This document shows, one piece after another, positions 1-11,200 of a DNA stretch of 64,000 nt. How positions within the stretch are numbered: position 1 is the stretch's first letter; each line of letters begins with the position of its first letter. The notes under the pieces were generated by a model. The model saw nothing but the letters and a program-made list of their open reading frames with translations. It had not been told where the DNA came from and did not search any database. The DNA is from Thalia democratica (Eukaryota): contig OZ241828.1 of assembly GCA_965202585.1 (NCBI GenBank), forward strand, positions 54,002,001 through 54,066,000. Reading direction: 5' to 3'. A program made the position numbers and the translations under genes.

Positions 1-1300
1 TTAATTAGCTTAAAAACTACATTTTGTTTAAAACAGTAGCTTTGTTTAACTAATTTTTATTCTAGTACTTAAAATTTTAAGTAGTACGTATAAGCTAAGT
101 TACACAAATGTATATTTGTTTATTTTCACTTCTAATATAAATACTGATATTAACTTCAAATACTTAAGATTAAAAGGCTTAATAAAAACACTCTTAAGTA
201 ATTGAAATTTTGAGGTACTACATTTAAATTTATTTTCAAGTATTTCTTAAACCACTTTTATCTAGATGCATAAATCTTATAGACAGTTTTTAAATTTAAA
301 ATTCCAGTACAAAATATGGTTTCTACTAAGAAATCTTATTTAGACTCAGTTTAATTATTTAAATGTTAAATGTTAAATAAATTTTTAATTAGTTTTTGTC
401 CAAATAAGAATAACAACTCATAATTTAGATTATATGTTTGAAATGCGTTAGAATTTTTCTCAAATAGTATTTGGTCTTGATTAAAAAGTACTTAAATTGT
501 TATTTTTAGAAAAATATTTAAGTTATATGCTAGATAAAACTTTTAAAATTTAAATTTGTTAGAGAATTTTTTTATCAAAAACTTTTCGTTTAAGCTAGGT
601 ATTTCAAACAGATTTTAACAAAATTCTAACTTAAATATTAAACGAGTTCTCATGTTTATGATTTTAATAAACGTATTGAAGTAGTTTTCGTTCTAAAGTT
701 TTTTTTTGTTATTTAAATAAAACTACAGTAGTAACACAAAAAAAAATTTTGAACTTTATTTTTTACAAAGCTTAAGGAAAATCTACATTTTGTATATACA
801 AAAATATATAAAACTTTGTTACAGTTTGTAAAATTTCTTCTACTCGTATGTTATTTCCTATAGAAAATTTTCTTAGAAAAAAAAAGATTTTGCACTCTTA
901 ATACAAGAAGTAACATTTAAAATTTTATTTCACATAATGTATGATGTTTTTTCTAAACATAAATTAAGATCAAAACAGTTTTGTAAAACTTTCAACAAAC
1001 TACATACTTATAGCTTGAGTTTATAAGTCAGATACTTGTTTATATAAAATACTTTAGTCATTGAAGAATATCTTTTGTAAATTTTTTGACAATTTTTATA
1101 TTAAAAAATTAAACAAAATTGCTAGTATAAGTGCATAAAAATAAACGTTTTTTGTCTTTAAAGCCGGTATAAAGTTTCGAAATTTTTCTGAAACCGCCGC
1201 TAAATAAAGTTAGCAAACAAATGGACACAAATAATTTGTTTACGTGATCAAAAAACGCAACGGTCATTCTTGGGAAAATATACATGTGTCGAAAGTAGCG

Positions 1301-1307
1301 TATAAAA
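1301..1307 (+). promoter_or_regulatory. candidate TATA box of the lectin gene
   Basis: TATAAAA 60 bp upstream of the ATG at 1361, after a locally GC-richer stretch. Weak evidence in AT-rich DNA. Confidence 0.35.
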
Positions 1308-1360
1308 AAGACCTTCATCTTAAAAAAATCATCAAAACTTTTTTCTAGTTTTAAAACAAA

Positions 1361-2627
1361 ATGAAACTTTTCCTCGTACTTCTGTTGGCCACATTGGCCC
1401 GTTCAAAACCTCATCCAAAAGCAAGTGAGTTTACTTATGATCTACAGCTTTTTAAAAACTAACTTTTATGCATTGAACTATCTTTTTATAAAGTAAAACA
1501 TAAACTTTGTAGAGTATAGTTTAATAAAGCTGTACGTATAGAAAAAGTGAAACCTATCTAATTCGAAGTTAAGAGTTATTGATTCTGAAAGTTTTTACTA
1601 TTTAGTTGTCATAACTTGCTTTTATATAACACTAAGTGAATAGGACTGTAAAGGTCATAACAGTTTAACAGAACTTAAATCAGTCTTTGTTTTGTCCTAA
1701 TTTTGATATTAAAAGCTACCACAATATTTCTAACATCTTTATATTCGGTATAAAGAATATTAAAAAAATGACGTTTTTTTACGCTACAAATAAACTAAAA
1801 TTATTTTCATTAAGTATTTCGTTATATAACCAACAGTAAATTTAACTAACACTTAAAATAAAAACATATCTTATAAAAACTTAGTTTAATTTTTATTAAC
1901 AAATCAAATATTTACAGATTGTATGAACGGCGTTGTTTTCAACAACTCTTGCTATTTTACAATCCAAGGAAAAGCTTTGGAGTTTGATGTAGCAAAAGCA
2001 GCTTGTGAAGACAGTGAAGCTCATTTGGCTTACATTGAAAGCGAACAAAACTACAGAACCGTCGAATCATTCCTCGCTAAACAGCAAATTGCTGAAGGAA
2101 AAACTGATGGTGTTTACTGGATCGGAGAATATTACGACAATGTTGTTAGTGTTCCTTTTGGTTTACTGTTAACAATACATACTTATGATTAGTTTAATCA
2201 ACTTAATGGAGTAAAAAACACAACCAGGCCACTCTATTAATTAGTCCCAAACCATATTATTATAAAATTTACTTTAAAAATATTATGAAGTAGTTTCAAG
2301 TTCAAATTTCTTAAGACACTATTTAAATACTCCAATTTTAAGTTTGTTTATATACTACTCAAGTAATTACACATGAAAATACTAAAAACTTAAGTATTAA
2401 CTAAATATTAACTAAACATGATAAAACAGTCGGACAAGATAACATTTTTGGACGGTAGAGAGAGCACTTGGGATCACTTGTGGTTTCCCGGATTTCCTTT
2501 TAAATTTTACGGAGAGTGGGACTACGTGGCTTGGCAAATCAATGAAGACTCTGGATCCGATGTAAACGGGTTCTTGAATCATCCAATTGAAGCCAACTTG
2601 GTTCCAGTTTGCCAAAGAGAAATGTAG
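1361..2627 (+). CDS. secreted single-domain C-type lectin-like protein (3 exons, about 162 aa)
   Basis: Exons 1361-1424 (MKLFLVLLLATLARSKPHPKA, signal peptide, A|GTGAGT), 1918-2144 (NCMNGVVFNNSCYF...AKAACEDSEAHLAYI...YWIG, |GTTAGT) and 2430-2627 (SDKITFLDG...LWFPGFP...VPVCQREM*). Phases 1 and 0 are consistent. CTLD hallmarks present: CYF, A..AC....AHLA.I, WIG, terminal .VC. Confidence 0.88.
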
Positions 2628-3943
2628 AACTATCTATTATATCTCTTGACATTCCATTAAACTATGATATTTTAACTGATAACTCAAAAAGTAAAAAACA
2701 TTTATGCATGAAATAAATTAAGCTTCTAATTTGTCAAAATTTGTCTGTTATCTTTAAAAAAATGTTGCATCTAATTTTATTTAATAATTATAATTTTTTG
2801 AGGCTTAAATAGTTGCTTTGGGGACATAGTTTAAAATACATTCACTGAACTAATAGTTGTTTAAACTATTAAGTTTATAACTCTATATAATTTGATTTTA
2901 ATTAGGCTATAATTAATGCATAAAATAAAAGTACTTAATTTACCTAAACTCGATTTTGATGATTGTTTTTAGTTGGTAATAACCGACTTGCTGTTAGCTA
3001 GTTACAACTCCAAATTAGCTTGTAAGACAAAAAAATTCTTTTCTTACAGTAGTTTTCAAAAAGTTATAAAACAACAAATTAAATATAAACGTTAGCATTT
3101 TTAGCTTTTGAAACAAATCATTTTCCTACCAACCTCGTTTGTGAAAAAGTTAAACTTTTAGCTATTTATTTTTGCTGCTAAATTTATTATACAACTTAAC
3201 TCTAAAAGAAAAGTCTTAGTAATGCTATAAAAAATCAATTAAAGTAGTTTTTTTTGTCAAAATTTCGTACAGGCATAATAAATCTATTAGTACCTTGGTA
3301 TAAGTTGCAAACTATTCGTTTAAATTTATCAATATACCTTTTTAAAATCAACTATTAAATTAATTTTGAAAGATAAATGATCTCGTTTTACAAATAGTAG
3401 ATTGCATAAAAGCCAGGTGTTTTTCCGGCCACTATTTTGAATACTGCAGATTTTCGTTACAAGGTAAAGCTATCTTAAAATAAATATTATATACTAAGGT
3501 TTGATCATACCAATTCGATTCTATAATTAAGAATAGTAGTTATCAGTATGAATTTATTACATATTAATAAATTAGCTAATGTAATTTATGTATTTACCTG
3601 GTTTCAGACAGATTTTAATAAAGATATTAAGAGCTATTTATGTATAATATTTATTCCATATGTATTTTTTGTATAATTTAATTAATAGATTAAAAAAACA
3701 TTTAATTAAAGACAAATTAAAAATTCAATTATTTCAACCTTTTTTTGTAAATTTACTGAAAAGATCATTAAATACTACTGATTTGAATATCAACTGATCA
3801 ACATTCTAAAGCCAAAAAAGTAGAAGAAAAAAACCTTTTAAGAGTCAAATTTTATTTTTTAACTTCTTAATATGTCCAAATATTTTTTTAAAGGGCCATT
3901 ATTTCGCTGACTTAAGCCTTAGAAATATATGTGAGTAACATAG

Positions 3944-4318
3944 AGGGTTGCCAAATGTTTTTGGCGAATTTTCTCAAGATTTTCAGAATTTCGTCTCGTC
4001 CAGGTTTGTAAAAGTGCCCATTTTTGGTTCTGATTTTAGATTAAAGTTAGTTTATGGTAAAACTGTGTTAAATAGTAAAAAAAAACATTGAAAAGATACT
4101 GCAAACCTATTTTAAATAGGTTTTTTTTTATAAAAAACTTTTTGATGGTGACTAAATAAAATTATCTACATAAGAAATTTTTGGTGTAAAATCAAAATTT
4201 TACTACTCATTGTTTAAGACTTGAGGCTTTTTGTTCAAAATTTCAGGTTTTTTTTTCAAATTCCAGGTTTTTAGCTTAAGTTGTCAAACTTCAGGATTCC
4301 AGGTTTTTTGGCAACCCC
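3944..4318. mobile_element. MITE with GGGTTGCCA terminal inverted repeats (hAT-like)
   Basis: Left AGGGTTGCCAAA, right TTTGGCAACCCC, with internal repeated CCAGGTTTT motifs. A related left end lies at 16631 and a right-end-like motif near 19386. No clean TSD. Confidence 0.6.
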
Positions 4319-5184
4319 GAAGATAACAAAAACTTACAGAAATAATTAATAAGCTAAGATTGATATTCAAAGTCACTTAAAAAACACTGCATTGATAGTA
4401 GCACCATCTTAAACTAAACAAAGCTTAGAATTTGTTTTTTTAAGTCAAATGCTTATTGTAAATAACCCTATAGCTTGAAATTTTTTTTTAGGCTCATTAC
4501 GTGATATGTCAACAGATTAGCAAACAAATATTTTTAAACAACCATTTAAAATACTTGTACCTGTTTTGAAAGGTTTCCAAAGTCGAAGTATTACTTAGTT
4601 GTTTTTTAAAACTATTTAGTTGACTAACTTACATTTACATAATTATTTTCAAAACTTAATTAAATTTGGACTCACTTAAAAAGCAAAGTGTTTAACAAAT
4701 CTTTAACAAACAACTCAATTGTGTAGAAATTTTTTTATTAATGGGATATAGACTACATAAATAAAAAAAATTAACTTAATTATATAACTAAAAGATGAAA
4801 AAGAAATTTAAAGATCAGTATACTCAAAGTTTAAAATATATACTACCACTTTTAAATGCATGAAAAAACTGTTTAAAATATGAATAAAACTTTAAAAACT
4901 TTTAAAAACTTTGTTGACAGAAACATACAAATACAAACTTTACTACAAATATTTTTTAGATTTTAGATTTAAATAAATGACTATGTTAAATATAAAAAAC
5001 AATAACAAATTTACAACTAGAGATGATTGAGTTTGACCTTACTTTTTTTTAAGAAAACAAAAACATAAACATATCTTAAACAGAACTTAATTGGTAAAAC
5101 ATTAACTGAAATATAAATCAATATATGCGATGAAACTGAACTAATGTTTAGAAATTAAATAATAATCAACATAGAATTCATGTT

Positions 5185-5283
5185 TCAACGCTTCTGCTTT
5201 CTAGTTGTCCTGCGATGGAGGCACATCAGGGGATTCTGGTGAACCGCGTTCCAACAATTGTCACAATAATAACGGAAGCAATC
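5185..5283 (-). CDS. CPEB1: CPEB1 last coding exon (ZZ finger C-half)
   Basis: tag|DCFRYYCDNCWNAVHQNPLMCLHRRTTRKQKR*. Confidence 0.92.
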   Translation of the reverse strand, partial: DCFRYYCDNCWNAVHQNPLMCLHRRTTRKQKR

Positions 5284-8200
5284 CTATTTGATAAAAATTG
5301 CAATTATTCATAAAATAAACAACTTCTTTTTTCAAAATTATATAGGACTAGTAGTGTATTTTAGATGCAGTTAGTTAAAGTAGTTGATTGTAATAAAAAT
5401 TTTGGAAACTTAAATTCTAAGGATCTTTATCTCAAGTTATAAACTTAAAATGTTGAATAGAAATCAATTATTAAAAAACCAATCGATTGTCCTGTTTGTT
5501 AAAAAAAGTTGCTTAAAAATTTCATTCTAAGCTTATTAATCAGCTTTAATCAACTGACGTCGTGACTGCAGAAGTTAGGGCCTGGATGCATGCACCTTGA
5601 ACACTTGGCGTTCTCGCTCAGGTATGGTTCGATTTGTATTTCTTTTTCAAATTTGTTGTGCTGATTCACCCTCACGAATCCGGCTCTTATCGCGTTCCTG
5701 TAGCTGTGGTTTGATTGGAACGTGACTCTGCCCGAACCTGCTCGTATAAATGTGTGTTAGTAAGTTTTTAAAGCAGGGTATTTTAAAACTGCCGTCTACT
5801 ACCGAAACAAATTCTTAACACTCGTTCAGTGCGAAGCATATTCAACTGTTCAAATTGCAAACAAACCGATGGGGTACTTGTAGCGATCTGTGTCGATGCC
5901 GCTGTAGCTGACCGACCCGAACAGGTCGTTCATGACGCAGAAGAGGGAGTAGGCGGTCATCATTCCGTGCAACCCGCCCACAAACACCGTCATGCTGGAA
6001 GTGGTGGAAGCTGACTGCTGGTGCGGGTAGTTGCTGTAGCACAGCATCCACGGGATTATCTGTTGTATTTGTTGTTATATGTTACTATTTAAAGTATACG
6101 AGTTATTTTTTATCTTTAACTATTTTAAATTGAAGGTTTATTTAGAATTAAAAAAAAAAAATTGATTTAGTGGTTTTTATGTGTTTAAAAAATATTCAAC
6201 TAAAAGTGTGGTTTTTTTAATATATTCAACAAGGTTTTCATTAAATGTAAAACATTGAATACAAGCTTAGTTATTTAATAGTTAACCATAACTAAAAGTT
6301 AAATATATTTATTCTAAAATATTTTTGTGGTCATCATTTGGACAAAGATTAAATAAGTACATGAGATTTAAATACATGATTTCTAAGCATCTTAAAAATC
6401 ATTATAATAATTTTACATTTCATGACTTAGTCAAAAGTTTAAATATAAAATGCTTCTGTTGTTTTATATAGTTTCTGAAGTTATTCTAAGTATACTTAAA
6501 ACTAAAAGTTAAAAAAAAGACAAACTAAAAATTAATAGGTGCATCAAATTCATAGTTGTGCTTTTGATTTTACCTGGTGTTAGTATGTTTGAGATGGGTA
6601 GCTGTCAAATTTGCACGTGCGTACAAATTGCACGAGTGCACAAAATTGCACGAAGATACTTTTGCACGAGGGGATAAAATTGTACGAAGATAAAATTGCA
6701 CGATGACACTTTTGCACAAGTTATTTTTTTTTTAGTTTTTATAATTATTATTTAATTTTTTTATAATTATTTTTTTTACTATCACTGTTACCCCCAACCC
6801 TTTCCTTCAGTCGGGAACTTATTTTTAATTCAATTTATCAACAATTTTTTCTAATTTTTTTTTACTGTCGTGCCGTAATTTAACTCATGCAATTTTGTGC
6901 TCTCGTGCAAATTTGTCGTCGTGCAAAGTACTTTCATACAATTTTGTGTACTCGTGCAAGTTTGTTCTCGTGTTATTTAGTCCCCTCGTGCAATTTTGAC
7001 CAGTTCCCGTTTTAGGTAAAGTCAATTAAATGTGAAAATTTTCACTTAGCTTTAGATCTAGTATTGTGCTTTTATGCATCAAAATATTTTTTTTAATTTA
7101 ACATATCATATAACATTTTTACTTATACATATTATAAAAATTGTGAGTATTTTTCTTGTAATAAGTTATGGCCATAGGGGGGGTAGAAGCCATTTTTTGA
7201 CCAAAAATAACATATATTCTTATATTATAGTAATTTTTATAATCTTTCAGATGCTTTTTTTAGATTTTAAAAATATTAAGTAACTTTTTTTTATGACCGG
7301 TTATATAAAGGGTTGTCTTTATAAAGGGTAACTTTAAAACCGTTTTTCTCGAGTATTTATAAACGGGCTTTAAAACCTATCTTCTCCTTCATTTTTCAAG
7401 CAATCTTCTTCAAATTTTCAGGAAATGTTCCTTACATTATGAAAAAAAAAGCTATTTGTGAATTTTAATAATTTTAAAAAATAAAAATTTTATGACAAAA
7501 ATAAAAAATAAAAAGTGATTTTTTATCAAATTTTTTTTTTTTTTTCAAAAAAAAGGTATTTTTAATTGAAATTTTTTAAAGTCACAAATAACGTTTTTTT
7601 GTTATTGTATAAAGAATAGACTATGAAAGTTTGAAGAAGATTGCTTAAAAAATGAAGGAGGAGATAGATTTTGAATGCATTAGTCTTTTTTTGCCGTTTT
7701 AGTTTTTCCTTCCCCATAAGGAACCTGTTATGCGGCCCGACTTTGGCCGGTCATATCTCAAAAACTAATTCGAATTTTTAAAAACGGTAAAAAGCAACTA
7801 GAAGCTTAGTAAAAACTCTATAAAATAAGATCAACTTGTAAAAAACATGGCCTACCCCCCCCTATGGCCTTATTGTGTAAAACTAGGTAAAAAATAGTCG
7901 AGCCAGGAATTTACGTTAAAAATAATTAAACAATACCAAAAACCAAACAAAATGAATATCAAAAAAGTAGATTGAACAAGTCAGGCTTTAAACTAAAAAC
8001 TAAATTTATAATATTAATTAAGAAAATCATTGAAATGTATTCTTATAAAATTGTTGTATAATTAATTTTAAAACTTATGAAAAATTTAATTAAACTATAA
8101 AATTAAAAAGGTTGTTTAAAATATTTGTTACCAAATTTTTTCGAAGCTTATACGTAAAACTATTTTAAAGAAAGATTTTGCAATTAAATAAATAGATATA

Positions 8201-11200
8201 TTTTATTTAAAAAAATTAAACTTTAAAAGATAAGCTGATAACTTTTTTTTTTGAAATTTATATACTAATTCAAAGTACACTATTATTTAAGACTATTTAA
8301 TTAGTGATCATTAAAATCTAAACTTAAAAAATATTTTCAATTATTTTTTCTATTTTATGCTTTTCAAGGAAACTAGATATTATAAAAAAAAGTTTGTTTG
8401 ATTTATTTTAGCTCACTAAAATTTTTTAAGTAATCTTAGTCATTAAAATTTTTGGCCTACTTAAAATAAAAAGAATAAATCAAGAGTTGAAAACTTTTAT
8501 TTCTTATGCTAAATAATACTCATTTGTTTCCTACATTGCGGCAACACAAAGACTTGTTACAAAAGCATCAAACCTGAACTTGCTTGTTCTGCTTGCTCTT
8601 GCTGGACAGCTCGTACTGGTACTTGAAAGAGCTTCTTTCCTCCTGTGTGGCATCGCACGTGTTGATCAGTCTGCGCACCGACTCTTCCCCGTCCAGAATC
8701 AAGTACGTGAATCCGGCTGTTTGAAAAAATATTAAACAAATTTACAATTGTTGAATAAATACAAATGTAAAAAAACACTGACTGGCATGAAAGTCAAGTG
8801 TAAGAAAACTTATATTAATGCTTTTGTTTAACAAGGAGATATATAAAAACTAGTCTTACGAATAAACATAAAAACCACGAGTTTACTTTTTAAAATTAGT
8901 AATTCGTTATATCACTGGGAGATTACAAATATTAAAATATGAATGTTTCTTTTTAGTATTTTAAAAGGAACAAACAAAAAATCAATTGTTAATTTTTTGT
9001 TTAACAATTAGTTTCTTTTAATCCTTTTTTCATTGATCATTAAGAACAGATATGTTTTTCATTTAGAACTGAAGTATATAATATATATACTTAATACTTA
9101 TGTTATGGGTATATAGAATTTGAATAAAAAATATTAATTTTTTTTTAAAACAGGATATTATTTATCTTTTTAAAGAAACTACTTTTTTTTTGTTTGTATA
9201 TTTATAGATGTAAGCAATCTAAATACTCTTTAAAATCCAATATTTTATTTTTAATAATGTCTCTAAGTGATTTCCATTCGTAAAACATTATTAAAACTTT
9301 AAAATATATTTAAACTATTAGTGGTTAAAAAAATTGCTTAATTTAAATAGTGTAAAATGTATTCCTATATTGTCATTAAAACATAAAATTGTAAATAAGA
9401 TAAAAAATTTAAAAGTTGAATTTTTTTGACATGATCTATTTTACCGCAATTTTTTAAATTAATACCTTTAAAAGAGCAGGTATTAATTGAATCATTACGT
9501 TTCATTAAAAAAAAAACCTAAAGCTATATAAAGACTTTATGATAAAAAAGTTTTGTACTACTTGCTTATTAGAAAGAAACAAAAACCTTTGCTGTCGCTA
9601 TAAGAAGAACTTTTATTTTTCACTTCTCCCTTTTGAACTTCAACCAATCCAAAGTTAGCAAAAGCTAGGCGCAAAGCATCTAAAAAAAAACATGTTTAAT
9701 TGTTCGTCAACTTATCTATTTTAAATAACTTTTATACACTAAATTATTATTTGTGTATAACCGCACTAAACCGTACGCTTAGAATTTAATTCTATAGTTT
9801 TAAAAAGTGTTTATTGTTAATTCAAGTTTAATTTTTTTTAATTGATTGAAAATGGTTAATTTACTTTCATCAAGGTCCCAAGGAATACCCCCAACAAACA
9901 CTTTCACGGAGTAAGAAGGAAAACAACTGAAGTTGAGAGGTAATTTTAGCAACGTCTTTTCATACTTTATTATTTGCTTCTTTTCATCTAAGAGTTTTTA
10001 AAGATTATATTTATTAAGATAGCATTTTAGGTCAACTCAAAAACATTAAGAAATAAAGAGTTATAAAGTTTAGTGTTTAAATAAATTATTAATTAAAACA
10101 ATACTATTAAAAATATTCTAAATACATACTTTGTTGATTAAAACGTGTTATCAAATTAATCTTCTAAAAAAGTATTGGTATAAACAGACGAGGTTTTAAT
10201 CACACCAGAGTGATAGATTAAAATTTTCACTCATACTTGAAAAAACTATTTTAGTTATTTTACAAACACATACTTATATTCAAACCACTGAGCTGTGGCA
10301 AAATTTTATAGTTGGCAGCCATCAGACTGCTTACAATCTGTGGGTTGTTTGACCACATGGTGCTGGCCAGTTGCTGCAGCTTCTTTTCTTCATTTATCTT
10401 ATTAATTCCTTTTTCCTGTAGTAAATTTGAAAAAATAATAGTTATACAGTGATAGCTTACTTTGAAAAAGTTCAAAAAAACTGTTGTTCATGGGCCACAC
10501 TCAAAATCTAACTTAAAATTGATTTATTTTTTGTTGCTTTTTAAAGTTTTATATATACTTTCAAATTAAATTTGTCACACAAAAACAATATAAGGACTAA
10601 AACAGATTTTCAAGCAATATCAAATAATTAATTTTTAAGACTGTTGACCGCTTTTTCAAAACATATATTTTGAAGATATTATTTACTGCTCAAATTTAAG
10701 TCAATGTAAAAAGTTATACAAAAACTAAAAAAATAATTCATCTAAAAATTAAATTATAAATGGAGAAAAAACTAGTTTTATAACTATAAAATTTTTACAA
10801 GACTAAACTAACAAGGACTTCACTTAGTAATCCTTGATTCTCTAACTTAAATGCTAGCTCTAAACTAGCAGGTAGCTGCGCACCGGCAAGTTTTGTTGTA
10901 AAATTGTTTATGGTTTGTTTAGTAGCTTGGTTCTGAGATGAAATAGCAGCTAAAAGAAAAACAACCATTAGTGAAGCAGAAATCTATACTTTAAAAATAA
11001 AAAAAATTGTACAGTAATCTTCCTTTATTGTACCAACATATGTTTCTGTGAGTTAACGAATCAACACATTTCAACTGGGTTCTGTAAAAAAGTAATTACT
11101 GTAATGAAAGAATAGAAGCATATTATACAGTAAGTATATACATGTTTTCATTAAAATAAAATATTTTCTACAGATAATAGTTAATAATAGGTAAAATACT

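Noticed and set aside
4700-5184. CPE-like UUUUAU motifs in the CPEB 3'UTR (autoregulation idea)
   Set aside because: Such motifs are ubiquitous in this AT-rich DNA and the UTR end is unknown, so they carry no information without enrichment statistics.
6596-7008. Regularly spaced TTGCACG repeats as a CRISPR-like array
   Set aside because: Eukaryotic context; the repeats are 7-8 bp and mirror-oriented within a TIR element, so they are subterminal transposon repeats.
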